DNA of 62,310 nt, counting the filler, from Sphacelaria rigidula (Eukaryota), in the NCBI GenBank assembly GCA_964200075.2. It is 11 parts of 11 records of this genome, joined end to end, with 100 filler letters (N's around TTAATTAATTAA, not from the genome) between each part and the next. Parts side by side here need not be neighbours in the genome. Positions count along the whole stretch, not along the records: positions 1 to 5,575 come from CAXNAA020026196.1; positions 5,676 to 11,249 come from CAXNAA020026197.1; positions 11,350 to 16,923 come from CAXNAA020026198.1; 8 more parts are not named here. One strand, given 5' to 3'. Below the pieces are notes generated by a model. That model did not search any database. It was not told the DNA's origin and worked only from the letters and a program-made list of their open reading frames with translations. Positions 1-11,706 of this stretch are shown here, one piece after another. The first letter of the stretch is position 1, and each line of letters begins with the position of its first letter. Made by a program: the position numbers and the translations under genes.

Positions 1-128
1 CACGTTCTCACGCTTTCCACGGTGGAGGTCATACATAACGAAGAAAAAACCCAACACATCGGGAATCGAAGCCTCGTTATCTCCGCCCTAATGGCGACAG
101 TCGGACCATTACACCACCGGGGCGCGGC
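1..128 (-). mobile_element. tRNA-derived SINE (head; tail cut by window start)
   Basis: Reverse strand reads GCCGCGCCCCGGTGGTGTAATGGTCCGAC...TTCGATTCCC (Pol III A- and B-box-like). Close copy at ~39730-39881 and head copy at 11221-11249. Confidence 0.7.
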
Positions 129-301
129 GGTACAACAATAGCCCCCGTTAACACTTCGACGGACCCCTTGATCCTGTATAATTTGCACTGACGGCTTGGT
201 GTACCCAGACATAGTTTCTGTTTCCTGCGAACTCACCTCTCAAACAACTGTGTGTTACCCATTTGTTTACCGAAACTGTCGTGGTTGATGCCTGTGCACA
301 G

Positions 302-437
302 TCGGTCCATCGGCCAAAACAGTCCGTCCATGCGGCGGATCATGAGTGAGTGGAAGACGGTGCAGGCCGAGGGATTGGCTATGGGCGATGGTGACTACAG
401 CGTCAGAGGAAACTCCACCGAGACCTGTAGACTCAAG
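302..437 (+). CDS. UBE2J1: UBE2J1/UBC6-type E2 ubiquitin-conjugating enzyme, exon (N-terminal helix; further 5' exon possible)
   Basis: NSPSMRRIMSEWK resembles E2 helix 1. Acceptor cag at 299-301, donor AAG|GTGAAG at 437/438, phase 0 matching the next exon. Confidence 0.65.
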
Positions 438-1010
438 GTGAAGGGAAGTGTAGTACACTACGGCAGGAGGAGAGCCTCAAAATCATCATATCAGATTGGG
501 ATTTGACGGGGGATACATGTAGACACGGGGCAAGATGCGTTTGAGACACCGTAAAGAGGTACGGTTGCCGCCCATTTCCCCGCGACCGTATGTGCTGCAA
601 GTGTACCGCGGCATGACAATGGAGAGACGTGGTGCAGCTATGACTCTGTACAAAATGTGGATCTTGGCGTAGGCAATCAACTTCGCGTATCGTACCGTAC
701 ATTCTTATGTCCGAAGGGATGATTTCGCTACTTTCTGGGCTAGATGGCCAACACGCGTGTGACTGACCTCGGAATCATTTCCTCAATAAACACCATGCAC
801 GCCGAAAATGGTTAAAGTCAATATCTCATGCTTCATGTTTGACCAATTCAGCGTGGGGCTCGCTAGGTGCAAGTCATGATCAGCTTCATGAGAAAGCGAC
901 GGCATTTTCACGGGTTTGCCCTGTCAATTCGCCCACGTGGTGGTCAAATCGCCGTATTCTGCGCTCACGTGTGCTTGATTTTTGTGCTATTGTGTGCATG
1001 TGATTTACAG

Positions 1011-1166
1011 CCGGTGGGGAACATGTTCGAGTGGCACTTCACCTTCTTGGGACCGAAAGATTCGCCGTTCGAGGGGGGTCTATACCATGGGAGCATCAGC
1101 CTACCGCCAGACTATCCACAATCTGGTCCTTCAGTGCGACTGCTAAATAGCAACCAGCGATTCAAG
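1011..1166 (+). CDS. UBE2J1: UBE2J1/UBC6-type E2, UBC core exon
   Basis: PVGNMFEWHFTFLGPKDSPFEGGLYHGSISLPPDYPQSGPSVRLLNSNQRFK is a classic UBC core. ttacag| acceptor, AAG|GTGTGC donor, 156 bp. Confidence 0.92.
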
Positions 1167-1775
1167 GTGTGCAATATCCAGCGAAGAGGATCACCTTGTG
1201 GCAACAGTACTAGATGGGGGGACCTGTTTTCGCGTCACTCGGGTGTAGTTTTCGAAATGCAGATCTTTGTACGAGCAGACTCAACCCTATCCGCACTCCT
1301 ATCTTGGTGACCCCAACGAAAGCAGAGCGTGCGTGACCTGACCCTAACCGGAAGAGGGAACGGTCAATTTGATACCCTAGAGCTATACTCCCGTCGTGAG
1401 AGAGCGGAGAAATGTGAACGCATTCGATGCACACTACACATCATCACATATTTTGTTTTTGCTGTAAATATGGGCGGGTCCACGCATGGACAGCCCTTCG
1501 GTGAGAAGTGACTCAATTACTAGACCAGCCGACCCAGAACCAAACCAAACCAAACCATTGACTTCGGAATCTGCTCTTCATATTTTAACCAGATTACTTT
1601 ATCTTTTGTTATTACTGAAACGCACCTGGGTGTAATCATATCACGGCCATGTCTATGGACCTACCCACGATCAACGATTTTCGAAGCTCAAGACATTTCA
1701 TTACTTCTTTCGATGTTACAGCTTTACTTGCCCCTTCTGCTTTTCGCCCCCCCTTCCCCCCCTCTCCATTAATAG

Positions 1776-2270
1776 GTGGGATCACGAATATGCCTGTCGG
1801 CAAGCGAGTTCCATCAAGACACCTGGCAGCCATCGTGGACAGTCACATCGCTGGTGAACGCCCTCGTCGCCCACATGACCGAACCCGCTGTCGAAATCGG
1901 TTCCGTGCAGAGAGCAACGCCCTCGCAGAAAAAAGCGGCGGCATTGAACTCGAGGAGCTTCGTCTGCACCGCCTGCGGCTGCCGGCACGACACCTTTCCT
2001 CAAGATCGTTTCCCACCCCCGAAGGGTTTCGTGAAGAAGAAGCGCGTGGTTTTACCGTCGCGTGATGGTGAAGGGGTTGTGTTAGAGGAGCGGAGGGTAC
2101 AGGCTGAGGTGGGGGTTGCTCAAGGGATGAGGAGTGTATTCGCTGGAGCGGAGCGGAGGAACCGGGGGGGGATGTCAGTGGCTATGCGTGTTCTGGCTAG
2201 CAAGCCGTTTTTGTTTGCCGTGATTTTGGTTTGCGCGAAGTTGTTCTTGAATCGATCTCGACCACGATGA
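1776..2270 (+). CDS. UBE2J1: UBE2J1/UBC6-type E2, last exon (catalytic Cys, CxxC, C-terminal TM anchor)
   Basis: VGSRICLSASEFHQDTWQPSW is the UBC6/UBE2J active-site signature. Followed by FVCTACG and a hydrophobic tail PFLFAVILVCAKLFL plus basic residues. Polypyrimidine tract and aatag acceptor at 1775. Confidence 0.92.
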   Translation: MGSRICLSASEFHQDTWQPSWTVTSLVNALVAHMTEPAVEIGSVQRATPSQKKAAALNSRSFVCTACGCRHDTFPQDRFPPPKGFVKKKRVVLPSRDGEGVVLEERRVQAEVGVAQGMRSVFAGAERRNRGGMSVAMRVLASKPFLFAVILVCAKLFLNRSRPR

Positions 2271-2829
2271 CTTTGCGATAACCTCCTGCATATACTACTG
2301 TTAATCTTGTACGGAGTATTGTATTTTTTTGCGTTGCGATAATTAGGCTTCTGTGTCGGATCTTGTGTTGGTGAGCACTACAGCGCGGAAAAAAACGCAC
2401 GAAACAGGGAATAAGTGTATTCGTTGGTGGGAGTTTTGGTAGTTGCAAATGGCGGGGTTGGTAATGGAAAACGTACTTCAGTTCTCATTCATTTCTGAAA
2501 ATGAGATAATGTGACAGTTTCATGATTGACAGTTGTGACCCACCTGCTCCAATGGCGCGTGCCATCATAACAGCTTCATTCCAAGCTCCCGAACTCATTC
2601 AAGATCATCACTAAGAACAGAAATATCTCATCCACGGCGCGGCGCAATCGCGCAATCGTGGTGTGTGCTTCAGCGTCGGGGCTCTGTGTGCACCAAACCG
2701 TATGGACACACGGCATGTCATCGTGCAATTCACAGTAGTGCTAGTTTTCGGGGCTGAAAATTTTCCAGACCGGAAACAGAAACTGGCATGGTGTCGGAAA
2801 ATGGACGGCGGAAATACGAGCTGGGCCAG

Positions 2830-4232
2830 CCTAGAGGCGGATTTTCAATTTGTAGGCCCATGCGGCGTTCAATATTTGGAATTGGAGCGTAAAATTTGGT
2901 ATGGACAATGCATAGGGCATGGGAAAAAAAATCACGTCGGTACGAGAAGGTTTTCTTGTATTTTTTTCATGAATGAAGGGCATTCTACTGACACCTGAAA
3001 ACTGATTCTTGCCCTTAACTTATGAAAACAACTTTTGGTACCGACATATATATTTTTCCATGCCCTATGCATTGTCCATTAAAAAAACTATGCTTCAACT
3101 CTAAATATTGGCCGGCGCATTCGCCTTTTTAAAACCGGGTCGGTAGAAATTCCGAACAGTATTTCGCAGTCCACTCACCGCCCCCCGCTTGGTTTTTGTG
3201 TATTGAAATTTTGTGTCGGCCCTCGCTAGGGCATAATGAACAGAACTCAGTGGGTCACTTGTTTTTTCACTGGTTTAGGTTCTAGTATGGGAAAGACCAT
3301 TTCTTCACGAGAAGCCCTAACCTGTATGAAAAAAACAAAAACATGAAAGCCCGTTTTTTTTTCTCCATTCGGCACACCTTTGTGGTTCTCCATGCTAGGA
3401 TTCGAATCAAACTTCTGAAAATGGGCTAACGCATTGAGATAAGGCCTAAGAGCAATGTTTATTTATCCTCAAAACTCCACTAAAAACACGAAAAGAAATG
3501 AAAAAAAACGACGAAGAAAATATAAAAAGGTCACAAGCTGTGTTTTTATTTTATTTTGCATTAGAGTCATCCTACGATAGGGGGGGGGGGTATTTGGTTG
3601 CACGAAAAAAGAGGCTTATAAGTGTGTCAGACGACCTACCACANNNNNNNNNATGAATGAGCGTCACGTATCTATAACAAGCTTATCCGAGCAACCGTTG
3701 CTGCTTTTAACGACGATTTGACCTGGAATTTCGTGCAACAAATGGCCCAAAACACCCCCCTCCCTATCGTAGGATGGCTCATTAGCCGTTCTCCATACGA
3801 CTATTTATAGAACAGCTCCCAAAAACTGAGACGCGATATCCAGATTGAGGGCATCTAGTGCCTCAGCTCCTAATATATCGATTTTAGTATAGACTTATGT
3901 GCGCCATATCTCGAGATAGATGACGAATTTGGTGAAGGTGAGGGTATCTGTCGTCTTCCCGTGCCCCAGGGAAGGTCCACACCAAAACTCGTCATCATCC
4001 GCTGAATGTATCGTTCGAGGTTCCATATGGATTTTAGTGTAGACGCTATCGCCGTAAGGTATAAGGAGTACTAGACATGAGGTTTAATTAACGAGAAATA
4101 TTGGCCGAGATTGTTGAGCAGATGGGCACCTTCCTCTTGATTAAACGGTTAATACGATATGCGGATCACGGCCCAACTCGTCTGTGTCGATGAGATATTG
4201 CTCTTATAGCTTACATCTGTTTTTAGGCTGGC
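2830..4232. mobile_element. non-autonomous foldback-type repeat (copy 1), interrupted by a MITE
   Basis: Internal IR (tggacaatgcatagggcatgg / ccatgccctatgcattgtcca). Collinear similarity of ~2870-3395 and ~4030-4232 with ~24975-25480 and ~25540-25740. Confidence 0.6.
3564..3780. mobile_element. MITE with GAG...CTC TIRs and ATTA target-site duplication
   Basis: GAGTCATCCTACGATAGGG ... CCCTATCGTAGGATGGCTC, with ATTA on both sides (3560-3563, 3781-3784). Confidence 0.75.
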
Positions 4233-5684
4233 TCAGGTTGTATGCGGAACAAGAAAAATGTCGAAGGAGAAAATGTGTGCATAGTAATATACCATGTCAG
4301 TGGGGTGTTTCGGTAGGAAATAACCTATTTGGCCCCCCCTTTTTGTTTGCCAGTCGTTTCCAACGGGTATGTAGTGACTGCTATTTTGCTTGTCTCCGTG
4401 TTTTGATTCGACACTGTCGTCGGAGGGTGGGGAATTTATTTTCTCAGCTCTAGTTATTTCGTCCTTGCACCAAGCATGCATTAACAGCGTATCCTGAGAA
4501 ATGGAGTCGATCTCAAAAATGAGGTTGAAGTGACATCTCTTTTTTGCAGAGATGACGCGAAAGACTTACGACGCAGCGAACCCATCTTCCCTCCCAAATT
4601 TCCGCAGCAGTTGAGCAGCTGTGGCTAGGTGCACCTAAGGAATGCGGTGTACACGCGTGTCGATGACAATATCCCAGCGAGAAGCAACGACAGAGAGGAA
4701 GCTCCTCGCCCGTGTCCTTTGTGTGTCCTCGCTCGGCGATTACCAACCGCTCGAGAGACTCACATCATCGATATTGCCAGCATGTACCCAACTTTCTATG
4801 TGCCAGAACATCGAGGTGCGGAGAGATTTCGTCTCTCCTCGCCTGTGGAGCTCACCAACGCGAAGGTCGATTTCTCTCTGCCTCTCCTTTTGGACAGGAC
4901 GCGCCTCTGTGCGCTGAAGAGGGCAATGTTCTCATCACCGCTGCTACTGTTCTCTGTCACACACATGCCAGCAAGGGCGGTGGTGCGGCGAAAATAACAG
5001 ATATATCCAATTTGAACTTGGGGGGTGTTGTTCATCGTTGATTTTACCCGACATGTACGTGAGCGACCCTCTGGGTGCCAAACGACAAGAGCGTGTAAGA
5101 CACCAGTTGGGGGAGGGGGGTGTATGAGACATCAAACACTTGTGAAGGCCTTCTTGACATGCGGAGTGAAAAAAGACGCCTATGCTAGTGATCTAAGCGT
5201 TGCGAGCGTGGTGCAGAGGGGTGCGTCCATGCTGCAATCTGGAGCACGCGCTGGCTGCGTGAACACCTCGGTACAGTAGCTTTCAAGAATTAATTCCGAT
5301 GTGACGAGGTCACGCATTACAACCTGGGGTGAGATATGAAGCCACGAAGCACAAGGGTGCTCGATGATCAATCACTTGTCGTTGCATTTGACATCCACGT
5401 CATCAACCGCCAAGCGTAAAGGTCTTGTGGCTTTCAAGCAACGCTGGCGGCACTACGGCAGGCAAACCCGATCATAGCTAGCTTTCGTCGCTCTACTGGA
5501 CCGGCTGGCGTCTGCACAGGGGTCGCCCGGCGTAGCAACATGTGCCAAATTTCGCAACATCTGCAATAGCAAAACNNNNNNNNNNNNNNNNNNNNNNNNN
5601 NNNNNNNNNNNNNNNNNNNTTAATTAATTAANNNNNNNNNNNNNNNNNNNNNNNNNNNNNNNNNNNNNNNNNNNNTGGTCCGTG

Positions 5685-5752
5685 CGGTACTCTTTTTTTG
5701 CTTGCCTTAGTCGTTTGACCATTGACCACGCATCCCTTTCGAGACGGAGCAC
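5685..5752 (+). repeat. high-copy dispersed repeat, often beside assembly gaps
   Basis: gcttgccttagtcgtttgaccattgaccacgcatccctttcgagacggagca. Reverse-complement copies at ~11360-11420, 28205-28271 and 62165-62240. Confidence 0.65.
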
Positions 5753-6591
5753 GGGGGGGGCATAATATTGGAGCTTGCCGTGGGGATTGGTGTGTCGCGC
5801 AGTTCTGTTGCCGGGGATAATGTTGATTGTATGGAATTCTCGCAGGTGGTCAGGGTGGGGTAGGGTACAGGTAGGGTTTTTCGGGGTGTTGATACCCTGG
5901 CTATGCTGGAGGACTGAGTTTTTGATTGTTTTTTATTGATTTTGTTTTTTATTGTCGTACTTTAATTGACCCCCCAGGTATCCAGCCGCGGTCGCATGAT
6001 AGCCGTACCCAGGAAACAACGAAACTGAAACACACTGAGTAAGTACTTCAAGATACCGTGATAGTTCAGGGTGTCCGACTCATGCTACGGTTGGAGGGGG
6101 ACGGCGGGGGTGATTCCACGAAAAGAAGGCCCACGGGTGTATCAGATGACATAGCACACACGCAATGCGCTTGTATCTGGGTGCAAACGGTGTTAGGCAG
6201 TATAAATGAGTGTTAGTTGTCGATAACAAGCATGTTCGAACAACCATTGCCTCTTCCGACGACAATTGAAGCGGAATTTCGTGGAAGAAATGGACCAAAA
6301 TACGCTCCTGCCTATGGTACGCAACTTATCCTATTTACATCTATATAGATGTTTAGGGTAGGGTGGGGTATTTGGGGTGTCAGTACCCGAGGTACCCTAG
6401 AATGCTGAGTATCAGTCGGTACTCTGGGTACCCTGGAGTACCGAGTACCCTAAATACCCTGCTGATCCAGGTTAGCCCAAGGTACGTACCCTACCCTAGC
6501 ACCTTTGAAAAATCTGAACATTTTGGAATGATTTTCTCGCGAGTCTCGTGCAATTTGGGGGGGCGAAAACACTGTTGTCGTTTTGTTCCAT

Positions 6592-6732
6592 GAACAATGC
6601 CACGGTAGGGATGCACTTTTTTTTTCGAAGCTCCTTGCTGTGGAAGCCCCTCTGTGACAAATATCTGGGTCTTAGTGTGCAGCCTCAGACAGGCCTTGGC
6701 CCAAAAAGTACACCCGTACCTTGGCATTACTC
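6592..6732. mobile_element. ~140-bp MITE, CCAT TSD
   Basis: GAACAATGCCACGGTAGGG...CCCGTACCTTGGCATTACTC flanked by CCAT/CCAT. Second copy at 59732-59873. Confidence 0.75.
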
Positions 6733-8355
6733 CCATGAAGGCCGTTCATTCCTTGTACCTGGTCGTTTTTTATTTTCTCTTCTCCTTGAATTTATATTGA
6801 GAACACAACATAGTTTTTCCAGTTGGAATTTAACCAGTGGTTTGTTGCATTGACTATAGGTACGACGTCGCGTTTTTTGGGAGCTTTGTTGCCATTTTTG
6901 TTGTTGCTGCGGGCTTTTTGTCGCGGAGAGAAGCTTACCTCTCATTGGTTCAAGCTTTGCTCGACTGCGTTTTTGTTTTTCTTGTTTCCAGAAAGTCGAC
7001 TGCTTTCAGCCGTGTATCATTTTTTGCGCTGTGTGTGCGTTTCTCCGTTCCGCTGTCACCTTACTCGGTCGCATGAATAGAAGAAGTTACGTTGTCAAGG
7101 AGCAGGATCAATGCGTTTCGATGTGACAATTTCGTTTCGTTGATGGTATTGTGTGGTTCTTTGTTTTGGATTGTCTCATGTTTGTTCTTTGTTTAACCCT
7201 CTGACGAAAGACCAGTGGAAATAAAACAGAATGGAGGGTCGACTTGTTTTCTGGTTCATCATGCATGACTCCCTCACTATTTTTGCTTTTCTCTGCCCAC
7301 TTCTTGCGAAAAACTTCACCATTCTCCTTTCCTCCCGCCTCTTCTTGTTTGCTTCGCTGCTGCTACTGTTGCTGCGGCTTCCTGGAATCAGAAAATTGGA
7401 GGCATCCTATGCGATTCCCAGCAAAAATAAACCAAGAAAGGACCACCGCCACGTGAGAGTTTCTGGTCCTACGCCACACCTGCCGGAGAGCAGGTTATCC
7501 AGATGCTGTAGATCCAAGGTATACCGACGATATTTTGATATGTGGCTAGCTTTTTTTTCCTCCGGGGGGCACCACATTCAGTCCGCTGCTGCAGAGACTG
7601 CCGGTCGCTTGCAAAGCGTGCGTTTAAGAAGCACAAGTAGAACGCTATATCATGAGCTACAGAAATCAAAATTGGAATGGAGATTTTGAATTCCGGCTGG
7701 AAGTTTTGTTTTCAGGCTCTTTCGATTGCCATAACTCGTCATCAACGTTCAATCACAAGAAAAAGTGGACTGAAGAGATGATAGCAACCGAAACAAATTC
7801 CGAAAGGAAGATCATTTCTTCCATCATGCTTGAATGAGTTGACGGGTTGAACATTCGCCGAGGGTCCGACAAGTGCACAGTCCTAAGTTCCGACTCTTCG
7901 ACATTTCCGCTAGATCAAACCAATCCCGATCGCTCCTCTGAACAACCGTTCGAGCTCGTTTTTCGCAAGGTCTAGAGCTACATCGTGCGCCGCAGCCAAG
8001 AAAAAGTGTTTACGAGCAAAGTACGGGTTATAACACCCCCCACCACGGTGTTCATACCCGGTGATGCTGCGTCAAGACATGATCGCGATTTCCGGTAGAT
8101 GGCCGCTTTCTCTTTCCTAATGTCTCATCGCTTCCAGAACTCTCCAGTGGAAAATGAAAAACAGTCGAACGGACGATCCCCATCAAGTATTTCTTTTTTA
8201 CTTTCAACCTTCACTTACTGTGCATAGATTGTGCTCACATGACGTGCTAGAGTTCGGTGAATCTCGTAGTGTAGACCGCGGGTACCGATAAAAGGTCTAT
8301 CATGAACTTCATAATTTACTATAATACTGCATACTTCATGTAATGCTCTACAGTA

Positions 8356-8604
8356 GACACTTTCTACGATAGCCCCCCCACAAAACGTGCATGGTTTCGG
8401 GAGGCAAAATCTTCACGTAAATCGAAGTGGAAAAAGCCGAGCACAACGAGCAGCTGGAAATTCCCACGCTTGGGCTCGTTCTCGCCAATGTTGCCAATAT
8501 GAGGCGCTTCATGCAGCCTGAACCCAAACATCAGGCGCTGTATCACCATTTTTTTCGTGACGCTGTTGGGGTGGTTTTTGGTGAGGGCTGTCGTAGAAAG
8601 TGTC
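8356..8604. mobile_element. ~250-bp MITE family A, copy 1
   Basis: TIR GACACTTTCTACGA / TCGTAGAAAGTGTC; four copies in the window. Confidence 0.85.
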
Positions 8605-8639
8605 TATAACTCGTACTTTGGTTTCCTTCTTGTCACAAT

Positions 8640-8956
8640 TCTGACCCCTCCCCATCCTCGGGACGAGTCCGTACTCCCACGGAATCAACCTATCCCTCCC
8701 GTGATACATGCCTTGCGGTTTGGAGTCGCAGGTTGGATCATGACCAACACTCCCGCACCGCATCGAAGATCGTCAAACAAACTCAGACAAACTCTTTTTT
8801 TTGCTAGTCACGTACGTCCTCATGCTTTCAAGAACCGAAATCAGATACTTTGAAAAAAAAGTCAAACTACATGCATCTGGCTGGAATGGAACTCGTGTTT
8901 TTCCTTCTCTAATCGTGTCGATCGTACTATTTTAATTTAGGTCACGAGGGCGCGGC
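8640..8956 (-). mobile_element. probable degenerate SINE
   Basis: Minus strand starts GCCGCGCCCTCGTG like the other SINE heads and has a B-box-like GAGTTCCATTCC. Confidence 0.4.
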
Positions 8957-9691
8957 GGCTGCATAGATCAAATATACTGCCAAACCCCGAAAATTCTCGA
9001 CGTATGCAATACGTTTGGGGACACAATAAAAACATAGCACCCACTGTATGACTTTTTTTTTTGCAGTACGCAAATGCGTCAGCGAAAAACAAGGACACGC
9101 AATACGTAAGGATCATACTCTACTCATTTTTTTTTTTAATCGAGCACGAGCGTGTATTTTGTTCAACGGTCGGAAGACTGTTTTCCTCAGGTCGCCCACT
9201 TTCGTGTGCGTTTTGATCGACTACAGGCAGTAAGTAGTGTTGGGCTGTCGGCTCAGTTTGCTGCCGTCGTGTTGTTGTCGACTAAGCACATGCTGGTGAG
9301 TCGGGAGGTTGGTTAGTTGGTTAATTGGTTGTCTCATGTTAACTGAGACGCCGCAAGCTCAGGCGTGGTCACAAGAGCACAAGGTAGATGTGCCGAAGGT
9401 AACCAAACGAAAGCACTTTCGCTGAAGGAAGAGCTGGCATGAAATAGTGTGTCGACAGGATGTAATTTGCCGCAGGTTCTTCCGCGCTCAATATACTTCT
9501 CGCTCAAGATACTTCAATACGGTTCCATCGATGCATGACACAATATCCTCAAAACTATAATAATGTTTCGACACACATACATGCCTTTCATATATATCGT
9601 CAGCATGACCATCAGCGGCGCTTGAAACCCGTCTAAGCCCCCCCCCCCCCACCCCTTTCCCATCTTCAAATTCTACGGTATCCGAACGCAG

Positions 9692-11105
9692 ATGGGGGAC
9701 CGTAACAGCATGAGCAACGGCAGCAACGGAGTCAAGAAGCCCAAGACGATGAACAAGAATATCACTGGTAGTGCTGACGATCTCGACAACGACGAACAGC
9801 CCATGGTTGGCTTGTATCGCGCACCCGACTTAACCAGCAAAAGATTCTCTGGCAAGCCCCGATTTAAACGAGCTACCGGACAAGGTGGCGCGGGTGGTAT
9901 CGGAGGCAGCGGCGACCGCAAACGACCTCGCATGCTGGACACCGAAGCCCGCGATGCTGGCTGTGGGGGTAGTGAGCCAGAGGCGCTCGAGGACCCGGCG
10001 GCCGGTAGGAGAGAGGACCCGGCGCGGCCGCTTCTGGCTGGCTGTGGTGAGGGTGGTTTTGAAGCCGATAGGTGAGTACTGCTGCTGTTGATGTTGCTCT
10101 TGCTGTCGTGGTTTGTGGTCTGGGTAGGTTGGTCGAGGATGATGTCAGTTATCGCAGCCATCGGTGAATATGCCGCTTTCATCGGTATCGTAGATATTTT
10201 GGTTGTATCAATTTCTCAGAAGTAATTTCACCTAACACGTTTTTTTTTCTGAGTAAATGTTTCGTTCTTTTTTCTTTTGTTTTTGTACCCAAAAATGGTT
10301 GAATACGTTTGGGCGGTTGCGCTTGTGGTGCAGTTTCAGCTTTCGAGGTAACATATTGTAGACAAAAAGGACACGATCCTCTACTCGCCGGGCGTACCTT
10401 TTCCAGGGACGATGCAACCAAAGCAGTGGTATCAGACCAGTGACATTCAAGTACAACCTGACGGCCGTCGAATCATGGAGAGACATGATGGTACCACACC
10501 AGAGTACGTGATCATCTACCCCCCCCAAATGATGTTTTAAAGTCTCTATCCATCGCGCGCGCGAACCCGTCGTCCCATTTTCGATCGATCCTTTTCTCCA
10601 TAGGCCTTTCTGGACGCCCCAGCATGATGCGGAGTACCACAACCAAACCCCGCACAAGAGGCAGAGAGGGCCGCTGCAATCGAGGCCGCCAAGAACCACC
10701 CGTCCCTCGTATCACCCTCCTCATGGAACACTTGCCGATGCCCGTGCTTGCGGAGACACCGTTGCGCAACATGCGGCTGTTGCACCACTCCGTCTCCATC
10801 CGCACAATCCCCCACCCATGCTGCCCCCCGCCCCGACAGAGTTGTGCCCCCCCGAGCCGACCACGGTGTCCCCGCCACCAATGTTTCGCCCCCGCTGGGC
10901 GGAGATTTGCCCCCGCCCCGCAAAGGTATGCTTCCGTCGACCGCCCGCAGTGCACCCGTCGCCCATGATTCACCCGTCGCGCACGGTGTGCCGTCCACTC
11001 CCCATGATGGTTCCGTTGCCTGCGAACCCTTTTGTGATGCGCGGCTGCGGTAGGCAGCAGCAGCGACAGCAACAGCAACAGCAGCAGGTTCACCGCCGCT
11101 GGTGA
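9692..11105 (+). CDS. putative low-complexity Pro/Gln-rich gene or pseudogene (exons ~9692-10071, 10407-10503, 10604-11105)
   Basis: GC-rich open frames with canonical splice sites. Exons 2 and 3 join in phase (..TTPE/PFWTPQH..PPMLPPAP..QQQQQVHRRW*). The ATG frame of exon 1 is out of phase with exon 2. Confidence 0.35.
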
Positions 11106-11220
11106 CTTGAGTAGTGATGCCGGTTGAGCGTTATTTTGCATACAGTTCCACTCATTGTGGGGGTCCCTGTCTTGCTTTCATTTCATCATTTTTTCGTTTT
11201 TTATTTTTTTATTTCTTGTA

Positions 11221-11249
11221 GCCGCGCCCCGGTGGTGTAATGGTCCGAC
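11221..11249 (+). mobile_element. tRNA-derived SINE head truncated by gap
   Basis: gccgcgccccggtggtgtaatggtccgac, identical to the head of the copies at 1-128 and ~39850-39881. Confidence 0.6.
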
Positions 11250-11706
11250 NNNNNNNNNNNNNNNNNNNNNNNNNNNNNNNNNNNNNNNNNNNNTTAATTA
11301 ATTAANNNNNNNNNNNNNNNNNNNNNNNNNNNNNNNNNNNNNNNNNNNNTTTTTTTTTTGCTTCGCCGCGAAGGGGATGGTGGGTCAATGGTCAACCGAC
11401 TAAGGCACGAACCAAGGGAGTTCGCCCCCCCCCCCCCCCCCTCCCCCCCCATCGTAGCATGATGCTCATGAAGATATGAATCAGTATCACTTGCGTCCAC
11501 CAATGAACGGGAAAATACAGCACATAGTCAATCAAGCAAACGTTTATTCAACCTGCCTCATTTTTTTTTTGTGAAGTCATCCCCCGCTCCCCCCCTCCCA
11601 ACCGTAGCATGACGCTCATGAAGGTGTGAATCAGCATCACTTGCGTCCACCAATCAACCGAATAATAGACCACATAGCCAACCAAGCAGAAGTTTATTCA
11701 ACCCAC

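Noticed and set aside
4500..5560. GC-balanced, coding-looking region with many short ORFs
   Set aside because: No consistent frame, splice pattern or recognisable domain.
5576..5675. TTAATTAATTAA between N runs, recurring throughout the window
   Set aside because: Artificial scaffold gap linker with stops in all frames; not biological.
8427..8609. Recurrent small ORF M(E/G)KAEHNEQL... in four places
   Set aside because: Incidental translation of MITE A; ends and frames differ between copies.
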